DNA of 64,000 nt from Octopus bimaculoides (taxonomy: Eukaryota): positions 160,949,125 to 161,013,124 of the forward strand of contig NC_068981.1 of the NCBI RefSeq assembly GCF_001194135.2. The letters are read 5' to 3'. Within the stretch, counting starts at the first letter, position 1, and each line of letters opens with the position of its first letter. Of this stretch, positions 1 through 13,125 are shown one piece after another. The translations under genes and the position numbers were made by a program. Under the pieces are notes generated by a model that was given only the letters and a program-made list of their open reading frames with translations, searched no databases and was not told where the DNA came from.

Positions 1-314
1 ATGTGCACACATGTGTATATATGTGTGTGCATACATGTATATACATATGTGTGCATAAGTGTATATACATATATGTGTGCATAAGTGTATATACATATAT
101 GTGTGCATATGTGCATATACATGTGTGCATGTGTATATACATGTGTGTGTGTTTATATATATATGTGTGTGTGTGCGTGTCTATACATATGTACATCTGT
201 CTATATAACTACACACACACATGTGGTATATATTCATGTGCCTGTATGAATATATACACACACATATACACATATAAATGTGTATATATCTATCTATGTA
301 TATGTGTGTGTGTG

Positions 315-365
<51 letters not shown>
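1..365. repeat. compound TA/TG/CA microsatellite
   Basis: Directly visible; explains the ORF at 3..368. Confidence 0.95.
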
Positions 366-432
366 TAAATAAAGTGAGACAACAAGGCCAAGGCTGTGTG
401 GAAATTTCAGGACATTTATAAAGAGACAGTTA

Positions 433-479
433 GTCTTACAGCTGTTTCTGGGATATTAGAGATATCCCTTCATCAGAGA
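433..479 (-). ncRNA. minimal type I hammerhead ribozyme motif (Penelope-type)
   Basis: Minus strand reads tct-CTGATGA-a-GGGATAT-ctcta-ATATCCC-a-GAAAC-AGCT-GTA-aga-c: intact core, 7-bp stem II, palindromic ACAGCTGT stem III, GUA triplet, 3-bp stem I. Confidence 0.75.
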
Positions 480-1030
480 TGGTGTGTTAGAGTTCAATAT
501 GAGGAGTTATTTTGGGAAAGGAAGCAAATAAGGAGTATATAGAGAATTAGGAGAATGAATGTAGAAATAAAAATAAAACTGTATAAAGATGTTATAGTTG
601 CAGTTCCATTATCCAAGGAAAGTGATGTGTAGAAGTGGTAGAAATGCTTCCTGTCTGTGGTATGTAAATTTCAATAAGAGTTCATATTTTGTCATCACAA
701 ATTGGTAAGTGTGGAGATGTAGATTCGATGTGCTGTTCATTCAAAGGGGTCTTGTGGTGTGAATGAAAATTTGAGAACGTAGTGATAGTATTAAGTGGAT
801 AGAGAGAGGAGAAGAGATGTGTATGTTAAAGTGGAGAGGTCAAAAGAAAAGGTGAGAAAAGAAGAAGGAAAGAAAGAGGAAGAGAAAATGAAAACAAGAG
901 AAAATAAAAAAGTGTAAGGAAGTAAAAAAAAGTTAATAACAAATACCATTCTTTCCCCATCTCTAGCCTCTCCTCTGACAGTATTACCCCCCCCTCCATT
1001 CCTGAGAATAATCCCCACAATCCATTACCA

Positions 1031-1159
1031 TGTAACTGCCGTCCTGGGACCATCTGCCCTCTACAAACCCATTGTAGAATACCTAATGTAATTTATAAAT
1101 GCACCATCCTCAAGATGTTACACAATTCTACAACCATATATATAATGGCCAAGTGTTGA
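1031..1159 (+). mobile_element. PLE GIY-YIG endonuclease fragment (opposite strand, second lineage)
   Basis: Translates CNCRPGTICPLQTHCRIPNVIYKCTILKMLHNSTTIYIMAKC*, matching the CNCR..CPL..C..VIYK..YI pattern. Confidence 0.65.
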
Positions 1160-2336
1160 GCCTGAGCCTCTAAGACTGGGTTACAATGGCAGTGGAGATG
1201 GAGGAACTGGGAGGAGGAGATGACATTCATGGTGTGGGTAAGGTGGGAGAAGGGTGTGGGTAAGGTGGGAGAAGGATGAAAGGCAAAGTCGACCTTGGCA
1301 GAATTTGAACTCAGAACGTAATGGCAGACAAAATACCGTTAAGCATTTTGCCCCTGGCGTGCTAAAGTTTCTGCCAGCTCGCCGCCTTTTAATGGGATGG
1401 GTCATTCTTGTACATATGGCCACTGTAGTGATCTGTTCACAGATGTTACTGATGCAAGAGAAGCAAGAGTGAGAACAAGTTTTGTTAAATGGCAAAAGGT
1501 AGAGGTACTAAGATAAAGAGTGATAAAGAACTCAAGAAACTGCTGAAAGGCATGGAAGACTGACAGGATAATAACTATGGTGAAAAGGAGGTGGGAAAGC
1601 CTGAGAAGAGAAGCTATTGAAGAAGTGGAAAGTGTTATTGGTATCATAGATATAGGAGGGGAGAGCAGCAGCCAGTCTCATAGAGGTTTGTATGTCACAC
1701 AAATACAGTACCCCTTTTTTCTGCTGGTTTGATAGTGATGTCATCATGGCATCGAAGAGAGCAGAGTGTTTCGCCTGGGACATGTTTGTGCATTGTGAAT
1801 GCTTCTGATGGCCAAGGTGGTCTTCTACACAGTAACAGGCCTTGGTGAATAGGTCTAGGGTACTGAATCAGCCTGGGCTTGGCATCCAGTGTGATGGTTG
1901 CTGGCTTCATGAAGCAATTGTGGATGTTTGGTGCTGGTGGGGTACTATTAAAAGTGGTGCACAGTTTTATGTTGTACAAAAACTGACTCCAGTACAGTTC
2001 CAAAACTCATCACTGACTGGTTTTAGAGACTGAATTGTAGGCTCCCTGCTAAAAAGGTAGTGCTCAGCTTCAGAGAGAGCTAAGTTTATAGGGAAAGTGA
2101 CAATAGTAAATGGCATAGTGGAAATTGACAGAGGCCATATTGTATCCAGTGTGATCCAGTGACATCAATTGCAACCCAGTGTACTTTTACATGTTGTCTA
2201 GCAGGAGAAGTTTTTTCTCAAGACTATTTATGCAGTGAAAGGCCTTCACCTGTCTGAGTGTACTTGAATGTGTTGAATATAATTTTATACAAATATATCT
2301 ATATATTTCATTCAAAGTGATGTTGTGTGATTTTAG

Positions 2337-2385
<49 letters not shown>

Positions 2386-3214
2386 ATATATATATATATA
2401 AGGGAGAGAGAGAGAGTGATACCTTGTTCACACATGTGCATGTATAGAATATATATATATATATATATGTATATGGGGATATATATACATGTTAATATAA
2501 ACACGTGCATATATATGTCTGTGTATATTTATATACAAAATTGGTCCCTTGTAAAGCTACCAGAGTCTAAGTTTGAATCATCTGAGCACTGCTAAGTGCT
2601 TTCTATACTGAGAATCTCAGGATCTCGTCTGTTCACTATAAATACATATATGTATATACATCCACGTATACACATAACATACATATATAAAAATATGAAC
2701 ATACATAGGTAAGCTGTCAAGAATTAGGCTATAAAAATTAGACTTGGTCAATTTAACTTTGCATTTAAGAACCATGAGATTATCTTTATGTTCGTTTTCA
2801 ATTCCATTAACAATATAGGAAACAAACCATACAGTGCTGTATATCTTAGCTATATGTTGCTTCAACATTTGCTATTACAAAACTCTCAAGCATAACATAC
2901 ATATCACCACATCCCTCTTTCTGTTCTCTCCCTCTCTGTTTTTTTTTTTTTCAGCTTTTCTAAAATGTTCCCTGTATATATCTCATCCTCTCTGAACCAT
3001 TACCTATAATGGGAAAAAATGAAAATAAAAGAAAGATCAAAGCTTTATAAATCAACTATTACTGCTACTCTTCTTCCCATTTTAGATATCATAGCTGCTC
3101 AATAAAAGATCTCTTGGAATGGCTACAACAAGGCTGAGCTGTTAAAATCTTGTGATGGTTATTTATGGCTGGTCTCTTAGCTGTGTTATTCATGTTCATG
3201 TTTCTATTTTCCAG

Positions 3215-3290
3215 CGGCGTCAAAATTGCTTCGAAAATATCCAACCGTACTTTGCACAAGGACTGTGCAGAAATTCTGGAATCAATGAAG
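3215..3290 (+). CDS. WDR19: WDR19 exon ([25 protein letters not shown])
   Basis: ttttccag acceptor, AAG|gtagat donor; 76 nt; resembles vertebrate [25 protein letters not shown]. Confidence 0.92.
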
Positions 3291-3309
3291 GTAGATGTTT
3301 AATTTTGCT

Positions 3310-3651
3310 TTTATGTGTGTGTGTGTGTGTGTGTATAAGTACATACATAATTTAGTGTGTTTGTTTGTTTGTGTGTATGTGTGTGTATGTATATGTTTGT
3401 GTGTGTATGTGTGGATGTATGTGTGTATCATTGTGTATGTGCATATATAAATATATCTATATGTGTGTATATATATATTTATATATATGTACATGAGTGT
3501 ATATATATATATATATATATATATATGCATGTATATGTGCATGTATATATATATACATACAAATATATATANNNNNNNNNNNNNNNNNNNNNNNNNNNNN
3601 NNNNNNNNNNNNNNNNNNNNNNNNNNNNNNNNNNNNNNNNNNNNNNNNNNN

Positions 3652-3724
<73 letters not shown>

Positions 3725-3750
3725 TGTACATATATGCATACATACACATT
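3310..3750. repeat. compound (TG)(TA)(GA) microsatellite with N gap 3572-3651
   Basis: Directly visible. Confidence 0.95.
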
Positions 3751-4069
3751 ATTTCTTTATTCTTTTATTCCTTTACTTGCTTCAGTCATTTGACTGTGGC
3801 CATACTGGAGCACTGCCTTGAAGGGTTTTAGTCAAACAGATTGACCCCATGGCTTACGTTTTAAGCCTAGTACTTATTCTATCAAACACTAACACCAGTT
3901 GTCAAACAGGGATGGGGAGACAAACGCAGATGCAAAGACATACACACAGATATATATATATATATACACAATGGGCTTCTTTCAGTTTCTGTTTACCAAA
4001 TCCACCCACAAGGCTTTGATTGGCTCAAGGCTATAGTAGAAGACACTTGCCCATGGTTCCAGGTCCAGT

Positions 4070-4330
4070 CCTTTTTGCACATATGTCTGTCCACTCAGTA
4101 GAATCTGTCTAGTACTGGAGTCTGATATTTGTTGTCAGTGAATGGTCAGTCTATTTCTTAGAGTAAGCTTTGTTTGACCTATGTAATCTTCATTACATCC
4201 TTGACATTTGATAGCATATATTAAATTCCTTGAAGAACATGTAAAGTGATTTTTAATGGTAAAAATTTCTCCTGATTTGAATTTGTATGTTGTGTTTCCT
4301 ATATTTCTACCCATGTGGAATAAAATAACT
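4070..4330 (-). mobile_element. PLE GIY-YIG endonuclease fragment
   Basis: FTIKNHFTCSSRNLIYAIKCQGCNEDYIGQTKLTLRNRLTIH* (LIY...YIG with CxxC). Confidence 0.85.
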
Positions 4331-4333
4331 TTG

Positions 4334-4392
<59 letters not shown>

Positions 4393-5249
4393 TTTAGATA
4401 TATTTATATACAATGGTGGTGCCCCAGCATGGCCACAGCCTTTGGGCTGGAACATGTAAAGGAATATATATATATTTACACATGTATGTATTATATGTAT
4501 TTTGTTTTTACTCCTTTATTTCCCCCTAACATTGTTGTGAGTCTCTAAAATGTTTTTAACTGTATTTCATATAAACTTTACTGCTTTAGCGTATTATAGT
4601 CTCATTATTGCCAAATTACCAATTGGTTTCTTACCAGAAGTTTGGAATCCTGTCAATCATCAGAAATGCTTGAAAGGAATGGTATAACATGAGCCCTTTG
4701 CCTATAAAGGCCAAAGCTACTTGTGGGGAGTTGCTTACTGAGCATATCTAGAATAAAAGATCCTATAAGGTCACATACATCAGCACTGCTAAATGCTCAC
4801 ATTACAACATCAAAGGAGACTTCCAGGTTAGTCTGCTTAACCCACATTGAATCCTTGTTGAATAGTAGGGCTTTCCTGGCATGCATGATGATGTTTACAT
4901 CATCATCACTAATTTCGGTACAGGCTCTAGCTAAGTTCAATGATTTATATAACAAAACCTACCTTATAGATGGAAAAAAATCCGCTCTATTGAATTGGGT
5001 GAACTTTGCTCTGCCTCTGCTACTATTGGTTTTAAACCCAGCCATGGTCAACCTTTTTTGAGAAACAAGCTGCATGGCACATCATCACTACTAAGAAAAT
5101 TTGAGGTAATTTTTTCATTAGGCATGCCTTTCAGAAAGGCTGTGGGTTGCCTGTGACTGTCTTAAACCATGAGATGACCTCGTTGCTGTTGTGTCATAGG
5201 GTGAGGCCAGAGACTCTCCTAGTGTCATTGTTGATCTTCCCATGCAGGT

Positions 5250-5736
5250 GTAAAATCTGCCAAAGCATGGTTGGTCCTAAACAAACTGGTTGTTGTCTGG
5301 AAATCAACCCTGTCAGACAACCTTAAGAGAAATTTTTTCCTGTACTACAGTAGATCAGTCCTTTTATATAGAACAATAGTCTGGATGCTTACCAAGAATA
5401 CTGGAGTCCAAGCCAGGTGGAACTTACACCCGAATGTTAAGATCATTCTTAAACATATCTTGGGGAACTCATTCCAGTAAGAAACAACTGTATAGAGATC
5501 TCCTGCCTGTTTCTGCCATTGTAAGGAAAAGGTACTGGTGCCTTGTGGCAAGCTGAACAAGAGCTGGCAAGTGACCTACTGCTATGGCTGCCAAAGCGTG
5601 GCCATACACGTGTAGGTTGTTCAAACACAACATATATAGATCAACTCATCAGAGGCACTGGATGCTTCCCTGAAAAACCTTCCTCAATAATGCAGGTTGA
5701 AAATGTCTCAGCAAGCTCAACTGGATGATGATGACT
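5250..5736 (+). mobile_element. RTE-like LINE 3' end (third family) with GAT tail
   Basis: AWLVLNKLVVVWKSTLSDNLKRNFF, SKKQLYRDLLPVS, DLLLWLPKRGHTRVG..TYIDQL..TGCFPE; ends ggatgatgatgac. Confidence 0.7.
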
Positions 5737-5852
5737 ATAATTCCTTTTAGCATCAATGCTATGTTTACTATACCTTATTATAAAATATCTCTATTATATG
5801 TTTTCATGACATTGTGACTATATTAGTCTGTTTCCTTTTTCTTTTGTTTCAG

Positions 5853-5935
5853 CAATGGGCTGAGTCTGCTGCTTTATATGAAAAAGGAGGTTTCTATGAC
5901 AAAGCTGCATCATCTTACATCAAATGCAAGAACTG
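5853..5935 (+). CDS. WDR19: WDR19 exon (QWAESAALYEKGGFYDKAASSYIKCKNW)
   Basis: tttcag acceptor, TG|gtata donor; 83 nt; phase fits both neighbours. Confidence 0.95.
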
Positions 5936-6868
5936 GTATATATCATCTTATAGCCTAACCTTTGAAAGCTGTGTTATAGATTCAGCAAATTTGTCATCTG
6001 GCCTAAACAACATTATGTCATACAAGTTAATGGTGGATTAGTGGCTTGTATACTGTTACTAATGCTTTAACTAAGACACTTAATTCTCACTGGCTCTGAC
6101 CAATCAGTTTGATTAGCTAAAATAGCTTCATCAAATTCACTGCTGTTAGCTACAATATACTAATGGGTATTTTATCATCTACGTTCAAGTTCTCTATTGC
6201 ACTTGATAAAAGCAATGGGAAACTATTCCAATATATACAGGCATGGCAGAATATATTGGAAAAGTTTGCTTGTTAACCACAGGGTTTTGGGTTCAGTGCC
6301 ACTGTGTGGTGCCTTGGGCAAGTGTCTTCTACACGGGAGTGGATTTGGTTGAAGGAAACTGAAGGAATCATGTTGTGTCATTGTAAATATGCTTATGTTT
6401 GTGTTTCCTTTTCTCGACATGGCATAATTGTAGTAAATGAAAGTCATTCCTTTCCAGTATTCTGCAAAAACAGGTCTGGCCATGGGGAAATATTACCTTG
6501 CTTGGAAACTGGTGAGGGCTGGCAACAAAAAGGGCATCTGGCTTTAGAAAATCTGCCTCTATAAACTCCATCTGACCCATGCAAGCATAGAAAACAGGAT
6601 GTTGAGATGGTGGTGGTAGCAGTGGCGGTGAAGAAGACGACAACGACTTCTTTAAAAACATCCTGTAGGCACTTCAGATTTCCTATTATAGAAATACATT
6701 TATCACACTTGTTTACCTGGTTGCTCTACCTGCCAGAAATAGCCTGGTACTTAATCTATCAGTTTCTTTTACCAAACTGTTATGTTATGGGGATGTAAAC
6801 ACACCAACACCAGTTGCTAAGTGGTTGTGGTGGGGGTAATACACACACACACACACACACACACAAAA

Positions 6869-6919
<51 letters not shown>

Positions 6920-8625
6920 GGCTTCTTTCTGTTTCTGTTTACTAAATCCACTTACAAAGCTTCAGAAGACACTTGCCCAAGGTGCCATGTCGTTGAGAAG
7001 CAAACTTCTTACTACACAGCTGTGCCTGTGCCTGCAGTGTCTATTTTGTTCATGTTTAAAACAATATGTTGGGATTTGGCTGCTATTTCTTGCTGATTGA
7101 ATGACCATATACATGCCTTCTTGTGTAGTGGAGGAAGTGTGTCTTCTTAGTTCCTCAAAATCTGTTGGCAAATCATTTAAAACATTCTATCTTCATCTCC
7201 CCACTCCCCACCCCCACCTTCCCACGTACTGCACTTGTTTGGTTGGTGCCAGGGATGCAGCTGTCACTCTCCTTCCTCCCCTCCTTCTTATCCAGAGAGT
7301 GACCAGAGATTTGTTTTCAGCCTGATAGCTGACTGATTATAGACTTACCTTGTTACTATGCATCACAATTTCTAATAAACCATTGCTGCACACCTTCAGT
7401 TTTGTTGGTCTCTTCTCTATCACAAGTGCCAGTTTATATGTGGTTTATTACACATCTTGCTAGGCATTTGTGGTAATTTGATTACAGAATGAGCTTTCTC
7501 AGTGAAATGTACCATTCTCTTTCTTTTCCTGACATTTCAGTTATAAAACAAGGAAGATCTTTTTATCTCTTTCCTATATTATAACACAGGTGCTGTAAGG
7601 TTAACTAGCTGAACTGCAGAATACAAGGTCATAAGTTGAGATTAGAGCTGATAAAAGAGGTGGCTAGGGTGTCAGCATGTTGGCTTGTTGGCTGAAGGGA
7701 TTAGCAGTTTGCATAACATTACAGATGCTATGTTGCCCTTCGCAGAATGGCAAAAATATTCAATTCTAGTTGTGTTATGTATCCTTTACTTGTTTTCTGT
7801 CATTGGACTGTTGTCCCTAGTACTTAATATTTTTAATCTGGTACTTATTCTATCAGTCTCTTTTGCTGGACTGCTAAGTTTTGAGTGCATAGTCAAACCT
7901 ACACTGGACGTCAAGCAGTGGAGTGGGACAAACATACACTCACACACATGCATGCACACACACACACACACACACGACAGGCTTCCTCACAATTTCTGTC
8001 TACCATATTCACTCAAAAGGCATTGGTCAGCCCAGGGATATAGTAGAAGACATTTGCTGAAGGTGCCATGCAGTAGGACTGAACCCAAAATCATACAGTT
8101 GCAAAACAAACATCTTAATCACATACCTGCACTTGGGGTTACTGTAACACGGAGATGTCCATACAGTTTTTAAGACAGCAGAAAAGCATTTGGCTAAATT
8201 TCAAATTTGGGTTGAATTCTTTCAGTAGACATTGTTTTGCAAGCAGAAGAAAGCTGGAATATAGGCGTTATAGAAACTAATTTAGTTCTTGACATTTCTA
8301 AATGTCTGGATCCATCTTTATCTTTCATATCCATAAAGTTGTTAAGATAAATACCAATAGTGAAGTGAAGTTTGACTTGTTCACTATATCTGTTTTCCCT
8401 TGCTTAAGGGGCCTTATATGTATTCTTTTATTTTTTTATTTGTTTAAGCCATTATGTTTTGGCCATACTGAAGCACTGCACTGAAGGGTCTAGTTGAACA
8501 CATCAACTCCAGCACTAATCTTTAAGTCTAGTACTTATTTTATTGGTCACTTTTGCCAAACTGTTAAGTTACAGAGCACAAACAAACACCAGTTGTGAAG
8601 TGGTAGTGGGGAAAAACACAAAGAC

Positions 8626-8632
8626 ACACACA

Positions 8633-8717
<85 letters not shown>
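8626..8717. repeat. (CA)n tract forming the internal linker of a family A SINE
   Basis: Directly visible, flanked by the SINE body and head. Confidence 0.9.
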
Positions 8718-8719
<2 letters not shown>

Positions 8720-9839
8720 GGTTTCCACACAGTTTCCATCTAATAAATTTACCTATAAGGCATTGGTTGGATCAGAACTGTAGTAGAAGATGTCCAATGT
8801 GCTTTGTAGTGGGACTGAACCTGAAACCAGATGAATGCAAAGCAAGCTTCTTGATCACAGAGACAAGTCTGGACATAGTTAGTGAATAAAAATTTCCTAT
8901 TTCCATTCTTGAGCTCTTATTGAAAGTAACAGCTATCACAGTCATTAAGGTACTGATGCAGTAAGTTTCTATCTTCTGTGTCTCTAATAAAGATACTTAT
9001 AGAAAGGTCTTATGAGAAAGCACAGCTCCCTTGAATATGCATAGATGCAAAAGAATGGTGGTGGGGATTGTATATTCCTCTTCTCCTTCATTAGTCCCAG
9101 CCTTTGACCCGTGATCTTTGACCATGTTGTAGTGCTGTAACCAGAGTTCATAATGATTCTGCTGCTAAATGATTTTTTAAAAACATTTTCAGTGCTAGGC
9201 CAAAAGCCTTCCATTAGTTATGAAAGCTGACATAGAAGCTACCATGATACATAATTTTTTATTGTTAGATTTATGGAAACATACAGTCAATCAAATGAAA
9301 TTTTTTTTCATCTCTTCTGGGATTTACAGTCAATCATAACCTAAATACATAAAAACCTTTCCAATATTCAAATTCTAATTATATAGTGACCTTTCTACGA
9401 CATAAGATCTAATGATATATTATCTTTTCTATTACATTAATATCTTATTAGGTGACAAACTGGTACAGTCAGTAAGGCCTAGAACTTGCTTTGGTTCCCT
9501 ATGCTCTGAGTTCAAATCTTATGAGATCAACTTTATCATTTTGGGGATTGATAAAATAAAGTACCAGTCCAGGATGGTACAATGGTTAGGGTTGTTAGAG
9601 CACTGGAAGAGATGCTTTGTGGTATTTGTTCTAGCTCTTTACATTCTGAGTTCTTGGACAATAGATTTAATCTGTCGCTTGGTTTAACACCACCACCTGG
9701 TCCTTGGGTGTCTTTAATAACATCAAAAGAGTTCATAATGATTCAGCTGATAAATACTTTCTTAATTTGCAGTGCTAGGTCAAAAACTTTCCATTAGTTA
9801 CGACAGAAGCCACTGTGATATATGATTTTATCTTGGATA

Positions 9840-10110
9840 ACATTACTCAACAAGGTGTGTGTCTCGGAGATCAGGGATTATCTCCAGATCAAGCCATTAC
9901 CTCTCTGCATTGAGAGGTCACAGTTTTGGTACAATGGGCATGTGATCAGAATGTCACAAGAAAGAATGGTAAGACAAATTGTGCCAACAGGCAGGAGACC
10001 TAGGGATAGACCAAGAATAAGATGGCTCAATAATATCCATAGTCTCAGATGGTCACACTTGGGATTTCAGCTTGAAAGTGTAATGATGGTTACTTGGACC
10101 ATGTCTCTGG
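9840..10110 (+). mobile_element. RTE LINE C-terminal fragment (second family; related piece at about 25260-25500)
   Basis: IERSQFWYNGHVIRMSQERMVRQIVPTGRRPRDRPRIRW. Confidence 0.8.
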
Positions 10111-10332
10111 ACTGAAGATAACTTCCTCCTATTAGTTTCTGAACCCTGAAAAAATAAAACTTCACAGGCACTGCCCTTTTGTTCCTTGATTTAACATAAA
10201 AGAAAATAACCCCTTAAAGACATTAGTATCTTTTCTATTACACTGGGTGATTTCTAAACAAGCTGAGGCAGTTGATGTAAAGTTTTTATACATATCCTTC
10301 TGTTGCAAATTGTTTTTATATTTAACTTCCAG

Positions 10333-10473
10333 GAACAAAGTAGGAGAACTTTTACACAATGTAACATCTTCCAAGATCCATATCCAGTATGCAAAAGCAA
10401 AAGAAGTTGATGGTCACTATAAGGAAGCTGTTGAAGCTTACAGACTAGCCAAAGACTGGGATAATGTCATTCG
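10333..10473 (+). CDS. WDR19: WDR19 exon (NKVGELL...[34 protein letters not shown])
   Basis: ttccag acceptor, CG|gtaag donor; 141 nt. Confidence 0.97.
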
Positions 10474-10499
10474 GTAAGAAATGAATTTCATGGCTTTAC

Positions 10500-11040
10500 T
10501 GTTATTGGGTCAGCATGGAGTGGTCCCTGTTTACCCCAAACATTCTTCTTATTCAGCAGCTTTTCATAATAACACTTCCACACCAGTTTTTTTGGGGGGT
10601 TCCATATTGATGGCAAGTTTACCTTCGTCATTCCAAATACATTTCTCACCAATAACATCAGGTTTCTCTCTAGTACATTCTCTCGCAATCCTGAACACTT
10701 CCTATCTTTGATCTTCATGTTGCAGGACATGTGCAAAATCTCTTCTTTTTTGCCTCCCCTCCAACCAAAGCACACCTGATGCCTAGATGCCCTTCTAGTC
10801 ATCCTGCTACCGCTATCCTTCCAGTATTTCCAAGCCCTTCTCTTAGCCTTAACTGCCTTATCAATCTTATTATTCTGCCATGTTACTTCTGGCTTGGTTG
10901 ATACAAAAATTGAACAGAAGTCCAAAGGATGGGCTGCCAGTAGTAAAGACAAGAGAGTTTGTTCAAGAAGATGCTTCAGTGTAAGGTGTTCGTTTTGCAA
11001 AAGCAATCCAGTGATGGATCTCTTGTGGATACACAAAAGA
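10500..11040 (-). mobile_element. RTE LINE ORF2 linker fragment (between EN and RT)
   Basis: NNKIDKAVKAKRRAWKYWK and WKCYYEKLLNKKNVW motifs. Confidence 0.7.
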
Positions 11041-13035
11041 TGGTTTTAAGGGAGAAATTTAAACAAGCCAACAAATCATAAAGAGAAAAGAAAGAAAATC
11101 ATTTCATTAAAGTGTGTGGGAGAAATTTAGCTTCTATTTCTGGCAGGTCGAGCAACCATATAGGAGTTTCCTCATTAGCTTGTATGGTTGGTATATGTTT
11201 AAGTTTGTGCTTCATGTTTTGTCATCATGTAACTGTAATGTTATTTCATGTTCATTAGAATAACAATCATTTGAGTAGGACATTTTGTTTGATTTTATCT
11301 TTTGACAACTTTTCTCTCTCTTTCTCTTAGAGTTATCAGAATACTCAGTTAATGTAACTATCAATCAACTGATCAATTACAGTGTCATATGACTGTTCTT
11401 AGAGAAGTCAACGACCTGTTTCTTAGATATGAGTGAATGCAGTATCACAAGAGCAAGGTAACATATTAATTACAATCTTATAAAGCAGGAACAAAGTGGC
11501 TGAGTGGATGAGGTATTAGGCTCTCAACTTGTAGGTAGTGTGTTCAAATCCATTGCAGTCATATGTATGACACATAATTTAAATACTTCAGTTCACTAAA
11601 TTGTTGGGAACAGCTAACAGATCCTCTAAAAATCATCATCAGTCAAATTGGGTTAGACTATTTGACTGGAACTGGTAAGCCAGAGGGCTGCACCAGGTTC
11701 CAGTCTGATTTGGCATGGTTTCTATGGCTGGATGCCCTTCCTAATGCCAATCTCTCTGAGTGTAATGGCTGCTTTTTATGTGCCACTGGCACAGGTGCCA
11801 TTTACATGACACCAGCAACGGCCATGATTACAATTTCACTTAGCCTGACGAGCCTTCTCAAGCACAGCATATTGCAAAAGGCCTGATATTCAAAGTTCAC
11901 ACTACTGGCAACGACCATGATTATGATTTCATGGGTACCATTCACATGAAACTGGCAACGGCCATGACGATGATTTCACTTGGCTTGATGAGCCTTCTTA
12001 AGCATAACATATCGTGAAAGGTCTCAGTCACTTGTCATCACCTCAGTGAGGCCTGACATTCGAAGATCATGCTACTGGCAACGACCACAGTTATGATATC
12101 ACAGGTGCCATTCACATGACACTGGCAACAGCCATAACTACGATTTCAATTGGCTTGACGAATCTTCTCAAGCACAGCATATTGCTAATGGTTTATAGTG
12201 TTTGATGGCATAAAAGATGCATGGACATGTTTGATGCATCCCAGTTTCATATATTCTAGAAAGAAAACTTTTAGAGCATTAAAGCAGGTAATATTTAAAG
12301 CAATCTGGCAGTACATAAAACATTACAGTACAAGTATTAATAAGTTTTAAGTAAATATTGGTTTCAAATTTTGGCACAAAGCCAGTAATTTCAGGAGAAG
12401 GGGTAAGTTGATAATATCAGCCTCTGAAAGAATGAAACACAAAGTTGACCTCGGTGGAATTTCAACTCAGAATGTAAAGATGGGTGAAATGCTGCTAAAC
12501 ATTTTGCCCGACATGCTAATGATTCTGTCTGCTCTGTGCTTTAATGCTTAAGTAAATATTATTATTATCATTATGAAGTCAGGATATACAGAAGAGACTG
12601 TCTGGATTAAACTTAGCATATAGTAGTGAGCATCAGGGACAAAATCAGTTTATGGGAGGTCCAGTTATGTATATAGGACCTGAGATGACTTTTTGAGACG
12701 TTTATTTTGGAGAAAAGTATGTTTTTTATGCCATCAAATATGGCACATCCTATCCAGGGGAAAGATTTCAACATCACGAAATAGAAATAGGAAGTAAGCA
12801 CAATCTAAGTTAAGTGTCTCTTGAGAACATTTGTACATTTATCACAAAACTGTCACTGACAATGGAAAAAGTTTTACTGATCAAAGTAAAATTTTCTTGT
12901 CAACGAGATGTTCCTGGCCTAAGAAATGAAATTAAAGCATGAAGCATTTGACTAGGTCAGTCGTGTTTTGTTTCTGAAAATACACAGCTGAACCATGTTT
13001 CCATTTAGACTTTTTTGTTACCCATTATTTTGCAG

Positions 13036-13125
13036 AATCTATCTGGAATTCCTACAGAATCCTGAAGCTGCTGCTCAGATTGTCAAAGAAACAAAATCAG
13101 TAGAAGGTGCTAAAATGGTTTCTCA
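13036..13125 (+). CDS. WDR19: WDR19 exon (IYLEFLQNPEAAAQIVKETKSVEGAKMVSQ)
   Basis: tttgcag acceptor, CA|gtaag donor; 90 nt. Confidence 0.96.

Larger units (their letters stand above)
365..2270 (-). mobile_element. decayed Penelope-like element (N-terminal and RT remnants, 3' hammerhead), interrupted by other inserts
   Basis: Frameshifted minus-strand peptides typical of PLE ORFs: PINLALSEAEH, SLRCHDDITIKPAEKRGTVFV (IKPADKG motif), LPSYIYDTNN, LTKLVLT, EQITTVAICTRM (QxxGxAMG-like). Hammerhead at 433-479 on the same strand. Confidence 0.75.

Noticed and set aside
3-368. Long ORFs rich in Y/I/C/V/H/T (also 3282-3821, 16465-17152, 57486-58063, 63074-63303)
   Set aside because: They are translations of dinucleotide microsatellites and N runs, which lack stops in some frames.
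7350-7530. Antisense exon with a strong aag|gtaagt donor
   Set aside because: Stops occur in all three frames, the acceptor is poor and no partner exon was found.
7685-8173. 162-aa hydrophobic ORF resembling a membrane protein
   Set aside because: It is almost entirely the antisense reading of a family A SINE.
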